A DNA stretch of 64,000 nucleotides from Eledone cirrhosa (taxonomy: Eukaryota). Position 1 is the first letter of the stretch. Each line of letters begins with the position of its first letter. Positions 52,041-64,000 of this stretch are shown one piece after another. Position numbers and translations under genes: made by a program. The notes under the pieces are model-generated. The model was not told where the DNA came from, did no database searches, and worked only from the letters and a program-made list of their open reading frames with translations. Location of the stretch: positions 23,250,001 to 23,314,000 of the forward strand of contig OZ024765.1 of the NCBI GenBank assembly GCA_964016885.1, given 5' to 3'.

Positions 52041-52626
52041 ATTAATAAGAGGAATTCCAACTTTGTCTGATTTACTCGTTTTATTTACAATCCTTTAAAA
52101 TTTATAATGGTATTATAATTGTTTCTAATTTAGGCACAAGGCCAGCAAATACCCAGTGCATTACTGGTACTTTATTTTATCGACCTCGTAAGGATGAAAG
52201 GTAAAGTCAACCTCGGCGGGATTTGAACTCAGATCGTAAAGGGACTTAACTATGCTGGAAAGCATTGTGTCCGACCCTCTACCGATACTGCCAATCCACC
52301 ACCATAATGGTATTATAATGAAATAGTATGATAGAATATTAAATGTTAAGTGTTAATTGAACAAGTACTTTCATGCTTTCGCAATCTTCAGGTTCATAAT
52401 ATGTGGTGACAGTAAAGTTTGCAATTTTCAACTGTTGAAAATTGCAAACTTGACTGTCACCACATATTATGAACCTGAAGATTGCGACAGCATGAAAGTA
52501 CTTGTTCAATTAACACTTAACATTTAATATTCTATCATACTATTTCATTATAATACCATTATAAATTTTAAAGGATTGTAAATAAAACGAGTAAATCAGA
52601 CAAAGTTGGAATTCCTCTTATTAATA
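52041..52626. repeat. Foldback palindrome (~190-bp arms, centre ~52433) with SINE inserted in left arm
   Basis: 52304-52431 mirrors 52434-52563; 52041-52119 mirrors 52548-52626. Confidence 0.9.
52120..52303 (-). mobile_element. Full-length SINE-A with 16-bp TSD
   Basis: ATAATGGTATTATAAT at 52104-52119 and 52304-52319. Confidence 0.9.
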
Positions 52627-53114
52627 TATGTTTATATATATATATATTTACATACCTACTAGACCTGACTATCAAACTATCCTCTTGCATTATCTGTGTT
52701 ATCTGCCGAATGTATTTTAATTTTGATTTTGATTTTGATTTTGAACTTGAATTGCTGTACAAAAATAGTATAGTATAATATATGTCACTCCACTGTACAT
52801 CAATATATATATATGTATCTGTATGCGTTGAAAAGGAGGTCAATTATGTGTACAAACATTGAAAAATGCTCCGAAGATTCCACGCCTAGGATTGGATGAA
52901 ACAATTGTGAGTGAATAAATGCTTTTAAAATAGCTTTGATTCTTTTGAATTCTATATAACTGCTCTGTAGAACAACTGATGTTATTACATTGAGCTATTT
53001 ATCTTACTGGTAATAAGGTAGTAATAAATTACTGACCTTCACTGTTTAGGGTTTAAAATATACATAACTATAAAAAGTTTTAGTATATACATAACCATAA
53101 ATAGTATCCCTAAT

Positions 53115-56982
<3,868 letters not shown>

Positions 56983-57660
56983 GGCTTGGCATATATACAT
57001 ATAGGCTTGGCACTTGTTGGTATAAGACGTGAATTGTCGTCTCTCCGGATTTGAAATTTTAATATTTTAAATCGACAGTAATCGGATTTATGTATGGTTT
57101 TAATTCTTCAGAGGACAAGGAAAACATACAAAAAAGATAAGTTTTTGTGCTTTGACGCAATTATTTTGAAGTATATTTTACATATATTACCGTTTTGAAC
57201 ATGTTTATTTTCACTGTATGATTCATTCATGGGAGACAACACACACACGTGCTTTCTATTTTTGTTTCATACAGAGCATTTTGGTTTAGCTTAAGCAATT
57301 TTGTATTAATTTTGATATTTCTGAGTAACATAATTTAATTTGATATAATCTTGTTTGATTTTGTATAATCTTATCTGTATTTGACCCGATTTCGTTGTTT
57401 CTTGTATGATATGCTGATATTGCAATAACTCCGTATATTTGTAAACAGACATTTACATCGTGTTTCTATATCTCTGTTTCCGGTTTCTTCCATTCATTAA
57501 TTTAAATTTAGATTTAAAAATTTATTTTTATATTTATGAACTGCAGTTGCCCACGCTCTCACGCTGTCTCTATCTCTCTCCTTCCTCTCTCTCTCTCTCT
57601 CTCCCCCTCTCTCTCTCTCGATCAACGAGCTCTCTTTCTCCCTCTCTCTAGATCAACGAG

Positions 57661-57700
<40 letters not shown>

Positions 57701-57918
57701 TCTCTCTCTCCCTCTGACCCCCACCCCCCCACTCTTCCCGCTATCTCTCTCGCTCCCCTCTTCTGTCTCCCCCTTTTCTTTTCTTTTCTTCTGTTTCTCT
57801 TTCTTTTTCTCTCGCTGGAGTTATATCTCTATCTCCCTCCCTCACTCTGTCCCTCTCTAACCTCTACTCTACACCTCCCACTGTCCCTCTTTCTCCCCTC
57901 CACAGCGAAATGGACTGC

Positions 57919-58350
57919 ATGCAGGAAAAATGGGAAGAATGTGAAATCAGGAGTCAGCGAAACTGGTCGAAGATTGAACTAGCGGTTTTGATCAAGGGGT
58001 GGACTATGGCTGATGGGTCTCCACCAAGCAAAAAGATGGCGGAGAACCTGAAGAGCCATGGGTTTATGAGGACCCTGGTACAGATAGAGAGAAAGAGAAA
58101 AGAAAAGAAATTGAGAAGGCGTATGTCCTCATAGCGCTTCATATGGCGATGCTAAGCCGTGTCCTCAGGGAGGAGAAAACCGAAGGGAGGGATGAGGAGA
58201 AGGAGAGGGAAAAGGAAGAGGAAAAGGAAAGGGAAAAAGAAAAGGAGGAGAGCACAAGCACGGACCTGAAAGAAAATGATATACCCTCCGCTACAGGCAG
58301 GGAGGGCAGGCCGGGCAACCAACAAGCTAAGGGCAAAGGTGAAAAGCGAA
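57919..58350 (+). pseudogene. Possible Myb/SANT-like (trihelix) fragment plus charged region, probably transposon-derived; truncated by gap
   Basis: NWSKIELAVLIKGW..MAENLKSHGFMRTLVQIERK resembles the trihelix W..E..LI..W / GF.RT..Q..K pattern. Confidence 0.35.
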
Positions 58351-58550
58351 NNNNNNNNNNNNNNNNNNNNNNNNNNNNNNNNNNNNNNNNNNNNNNNNNN
58401 NNNNNNNNNNNNNNNNNNNNNNNNNNNNNNNNNNNNNNNNNNNNNNNNNNNNNNNNNNNNNNNNNNNNNNNNNNNNNNNNNNNNNNNNNNNNNNNNNNNN
58501 NNNNNNNNNNNNNNNNNNNNNNNNNNNNNNNNNNNNNNNNNNNNNNNNNN
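58351..58550. other. Assembly gap (200 N)
   Basis: N run. Confidence 1.
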
Positions 58551-58651
58551 CACTTACACATATATAAAGATATATATACATACACACACACACACAACAT
58601 ATACACACATACACATATATATAAAAAAAATAAATAACAAAGATATATACA

Positions 58652-58703
<52 letters not shown>

Positions 58704-59211
58704 TATACACATACACACACATATACATACATATACATACACACATACATAGACGTACATGTACATACATACACGTACATCGATATACATACATATATAT
58801 ATACACACATAGACACATACATACATACACACACAACTTACATACATACATATATATACATGTATATTCATACATAGAATTAGATATATAATCATATATA
58901 TATATGCACTTACTTATACTCATATATACAAATACATACGCATCCATATATGCGTATATACATAAAAACGCCACTACAACCTCACCTAACTCAGACATAC
59001 AAATAAAAATAAAAAGGCATATGTATATACATATATACACGCATTAATCGAGACATATATATACATACATATATATACATATATATATATACATATACAT
59101 ATATATATACATACACACATACATTCATATATATATATATATAGATACCCACACACACATACCACCATAAATACACATACAAACACCCACATATACATAT
59201 ATATACACACG

Positions 59212-59243
<32 letters not shown>

Positions 59244-59370
59244 AAAAACAGACATGCACATATATATATAATTTTTCTACACTTATATATACACATATTA
59301 CATACACATACACAACCTCACATATACACACATACACATAAGTTATATTATAATAATAAAAAAATAAAAA

Positions 59371-59409
<39 letters not shown>

Positions 59410-59496
59410 CATATATATATATATATATATACATATAGACATATACATACATATATACACACATACGAAATATAGACATATCACACATAGACACCC

Positions 59497-59531
<35 letters not shown>

Positions 59532-59784
59532 TACATATACACAGACACATATACACACTCACATATATATGTGTGTGCATACACCCATATATACATACAT
59601 ACACATATATATACATAAACACATATATGTGCATACATGCACACACACACACATATATCACATAGATACGAAGATAGACATATAAATAGAGAGACATACA
59701 TATATATATACACAACACACATACACACACATACATACACACACACATACATATACATATATATATATATATATATCCCTATAT

Positions 59785-59830
<46 letters not shown>

Positions 59831-60045
59831 ACATACATACACATATACATATACACATTCACATACACATACATATATACATGCATATATACACATATAT
59901 ACATATATACACACACTCATATATACACACACAATCTTACATTCATATTTGCATGCGCATATATGTATTTTTATATTCAGATATAAATACCCAAACCTAT
60001 ATAGACACCTACCTACATATATATTCATACATACACGCTTACAAA
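58551..60045. repeat. Degenerate (CA/TA) low-complexity tract
   Basis: Direct inspection. Confidence 0.92.
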
Positions 60046-60059
60046 TACAGATGATAATA

Positions 60060-63000
60060 GTATGGGGGAAAGGGGGGTTTGGAGAAGGGGATCATATTAA
60101 ATATATGTTTCAAGAAACAGAATATTTTCCGTATCTTGATCCAATGTATGTTTTTACATAGTTTCAGTGTTAGGAAATACAACAAACAAGAACTAAGGCA
60201 AAATCTATGCATCTCAAAATAAACAAGTATACCATTAACTATATGTTAACTAAACCAAAGATAGTTAACATATTGATTTCTAAGGTGTGAATTAGTTAGG
60301 TTTATAATATTTGAAGCAGAATTTTAAAGTTAAATAGTAGTAGAGTATTGATTATAGTATAACTAAATTAAAGTTAATAACGTTATGGTATCAATATTAG
60401 GAAATGAATTTAGTAATAGGGAAAAAAACAAATAAAATAAAGTATTACATCGGTAGTAGAATATAAATTATAGGTTAACTAAATTAAAAATTATATATTT
60501 ATTTCTATAGTATATGTTAATTAGGTATATAATACATAAAACAGATATTGTATTTTATCAATAGCATAATATAATTATATGCAAATAGACATCAAAATTA
60601 ATACACATACATATACATATACATACACATACATATATACATATACATATATATACACATACATATATACATATATATACACATATATATATATATATAC
60701 ACATATACACATATACATACACACACACATACACATACACATATACATATACATATCTTTTTCAAAAAATTGCATAGAATATATTAACTAGGTATATATC
60801 CAAAACACATCTCATTCTATGATTACATGACTTTCTGCAATTCGTCTGTATAAGGATACTAATTTTAAGCAAATTAAAATTAAATTTTTAGGTTGATTAA
60901 AATTAAAACCAAATTATAAATATATTTCTAAAATGTATATTAATTAGGTCTATAATACTAAAAATTATTTCTCTGTCATTGGATACACGATAATATTTTG
61001 TTATAATTTATCTGTAAAAGAATTATAATAAAAGGTTTAAATAAATTAAAATTAATCTATAAATTAAATTACTAAGTATATATTAGTAATATTTAAAGGT
61101 TTTTCACAATTTATGATTACATAATATTTTATATTCTCATCTGTAATAAAATTTTAATTAAATTAAATTTATAGGTTAAATAACATTTAAATTAAATTAA
61201 TTTCTAAAATAATGTTATTAATTAGGTTTATAATATTTAAATGTTTTTTTTAGTTTATGATTACACGATATAATTAATTCCTGTCGTTTATTTAATAAGA
61301 TATCCTTAGACTTCATTATTTCAAATAGTTCTTGGGAACATAATCTACATTCATTTCTATTATTTTGATAAGGGGTGGCTCTTTTGAGCATACTCCAGGT
61401 CAAAACATATTCTATATTCTTATTTTTATAACTATTGATTTTTTCTGCTAGAGATGTTGTATTAGCCAGTGCGGCATTTTTAAAACTATGCTTGTGGGTA
61501 TTAAACCTTGTCTTAAAATTGTTAGAGGTAGCTCCTATATATGAGCAAATAGAATCTTTAGTTTTAACATTACATTTATAGACTATGTTGTTAACAAGAC
61601 AATTCCCTTTTAATGGGCAGTTTGCTTTGTTTCTACAGTTACATCCTTTCGTTAATTCTGTATTTGAGGAGATATTATGGTTAATTTGATGTACTGGTGG
61701 TATACTTATGGTTTTCTTACATTTATATGCATTATAGGCACTTATATTTTGTTTTATGTTATTTGTTGTAGAGTATGAGAATTTAACTGTAGACCTATTT
61801 AAGATTTGATGGTATTTGTGGTTTGGCGGGAAGTTTTTCTCAAGGATATAAAAAAATTTTTTAGCAATATTATCCTTAACTTGTAAATTAAAAGGAGCAT
61901 TATACCAAGTAACCCGTCTATTACGGTTTCTATGTTGTTTATTATTTTTATTATTTTTATAGGTTGTATCGTGATTTTTACTAGGAGGATTAATGTTAAT
62001 GATCTCACCACAACTATTTTTAGTTATATTTGTAGATTTAGGTGTTTTATCCTTTTTATTAGGAGCTTTATTATTAATATTTATTAGAGTTGTATGATGA
62101 GTAGTTTTTTGAGAGTTACTATACTTTATATTAGAAGATTTGGTATTTTGGGGTATAGTGTGGGTGGCATTTAGGTGTGTACTTTTCATTTGGTGTTTGT
62201 TGGTAATATTATGTTGTATGCTTTCAGTATTTTTAGTAGAAGGTATATACTCTAATCTATTTTTGTGGCCACTTCTATCTAGAGCTTCGTTATAGAAGGT
62301 CGCATTTTTATCAAATACATCTTGGTTAGAAGAAAGGTTAGAAATTCTAAGTGATATATTATATGCAAGGTTTTTAAGGATAGATTTAGGGTGATTAGAT
62401 TGTGAGTGTATGTAATGTAAGTTTTGGTTAGGTTTATGGTAAGGTTGGTAGATACCCGTAGCTAAATCTAAAGTTATATCTAGGAAATTTACTACTTTAC
62501 TTGTTTTTTCAAAAGTAATATTAAGATTATAATAGTCTTTAAGGAAAGTTCTAATATGTTTTTTGTTTTTTTCAATTTCTGAAAGGCTAAGGTTGTTAGA
62601 AAGAAGAAGACAGTCATCACGATATAAACCACCTTTAAGGTGGGGAAAAGAGGCATTTATGTTGAAAAGGAGAAAGAGGCCCACAAGATCAGTAATTTGG
62701 GCGGAATCGCTTGAACCCATAGTAATATCAAAAGGATTACTATATGTGTTTCTGGTCCAGTATTCATTCTGAAATTCAATAAGTGTTAGTCTAGCATGTG
62801 TAATAATATTAATGTCATCCAAAGTTAAGTTAGATCTATTTTTAGCAAATATCAATGCTTTGTTCAGGAGTATAGGTGATATAGAAGAATAGTAATTATC
62901 TATATCAAATTGTAGGAATTATAGGAATTGTAGGAATTAATTATCAAATTGTAGGAATTAATTATATCGTGTAATCATAAACTAAAAAAAACATTTAAAT

Positions 63001-63523
63001 ATTATAAACCTAATTAATAACATTATTTTAGAAATTAATTTAATTTAAATGTTATTTAACCTATAAATTTAATTTAATTAAAATTTTATTACAGATGAGA
63101 ATATAAAATATTATGTAATCATAAATTGTGAAAAACCTTTAAATATTACTAATATATACTTAGTAATTTAATTTATAGATTAATTTTAATTTATTTAAAC
63201 CTTTTATTATAATTCTTTTACAGATAAATTATAACAAAATATTATCGTGTATCCAATGACAGAGAAATAATTTTTAGTATTATAGACCTAATTAATATAC
63301 ATTTTAGAAATATATTTATAATTTGGTTTTAATTTTAATCAACCTAAAAATTTAATTTTAATTTGCTTAAAATTGGTATCCTTATACAGACGAATTGCAG
63401 AAAGTCATGTAATCATAGAATGAGATGTGTTTTGGATATATACCTAGTTAATATATTCTATGCAATTTTTTGAAAAAGATATGTATATGTATATGTGTAT
63501 GTGTATGTGTGTGTGTATGTATA

Positions 63524-63554
<31 letters not shown>

Positions 63555-64000
63555 GTGTATATATATGTATATATGTATGTGTATATATATGTATATGTAT
63601 ATATGTATGTGTATGTATATGTATATGTATGTGTATTAATTTTGATGTCTATTTGCATATAATTATATTATGCTATTGATAAAATACAATATCTGTTTTA
63701 TGTATTATATACCTAATTAACATATACTATAGAAATAAATATATAATTTTTAATTTAGTTAACCTATAATTTATATTCTACTACCGATGTAATACTTTAT
63801 TTTATTTGTTTTTTTCCCTATTACTAAATTCATTTCCTAATATTGATACCATAACGTTATTAACTTTAATTTAGTTATACTATAATTAATACTCTACTAC
63901 TATTTAACTTTAAAATTCTGCTTCAAATATTATAAACCTAACTAATTCACACCTTAGAAATCAATATGTTAACTATCTTTGGTTTAGTTAACATATAGTT
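60060..64000 (-). mobile_element. AT-rich Penelope-like element, 5'-truncated, with inverted duplicate of its 3' end
   Basis: ORF 61218-62920 on minus; 62952-64000 is the reverse complement of 60237-61283. Confidence 0.88.
61218..62920 (-). CDS. Penelope (Naiad-like) RT C-half + GIY-YIG, 5'-truncated but otherwise open
   Basis: QFDIDNYY, TMG, YRDDCL, FLDI, WYNAP, CNCRNKANCPLKGNC, NIVY..YIG, CRLC, CNH. Confidence 0.88.

Noticed and set aside
60088-60145. Three-way-junction fold with GAAA downstream of the last Penelope element
   Set aside because: Lacks the CUGANGA core and cleavage triplet; cannot be called a hammerhead

Overview
Repeat-dense, AT-rich animal genomic DNA. The SINE, RTE and TTAA-MITE repertoire suggests a mollusc, probably a cephalopod (inference). 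Most ORFs in the track are artefacts of satellites and microsatellites. One host gene is present on the + strand: five 3' exons (13963-31970) that splice in frame into a divergent PINK1-like Ser/Thr kinase; its 5' exons were not found in the window. Its introns contain Tx1/L1-clade LINEs inserted in simple repeats, tRNA-derived SINEs, and large tandem arrays, each amplified from a short local sequence. One array reiterates the gene's own exon end plus GTAAGT donor about 80 times. The second half holds RTE LINEs, a solo LTR and several Penelope-like elements (RT + GIY-YIG, Naiad-like). The most notable signal is hammerhead ribozymes of two kinds. Non-coding ~420-440 bp tandem units each carry a minimal hammerhead (retrozyme-like). 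The Penelope pseudo-LTRs carry a long-stem-II hammerhead with a U3-A8 core variant. Both element types end in (TA)n, and foldback inversions occur among the retrozyme and Penelope-like copies, suggesting an autonomous/non-autonomous pair. There is a 200-N gap at 58351-58550.
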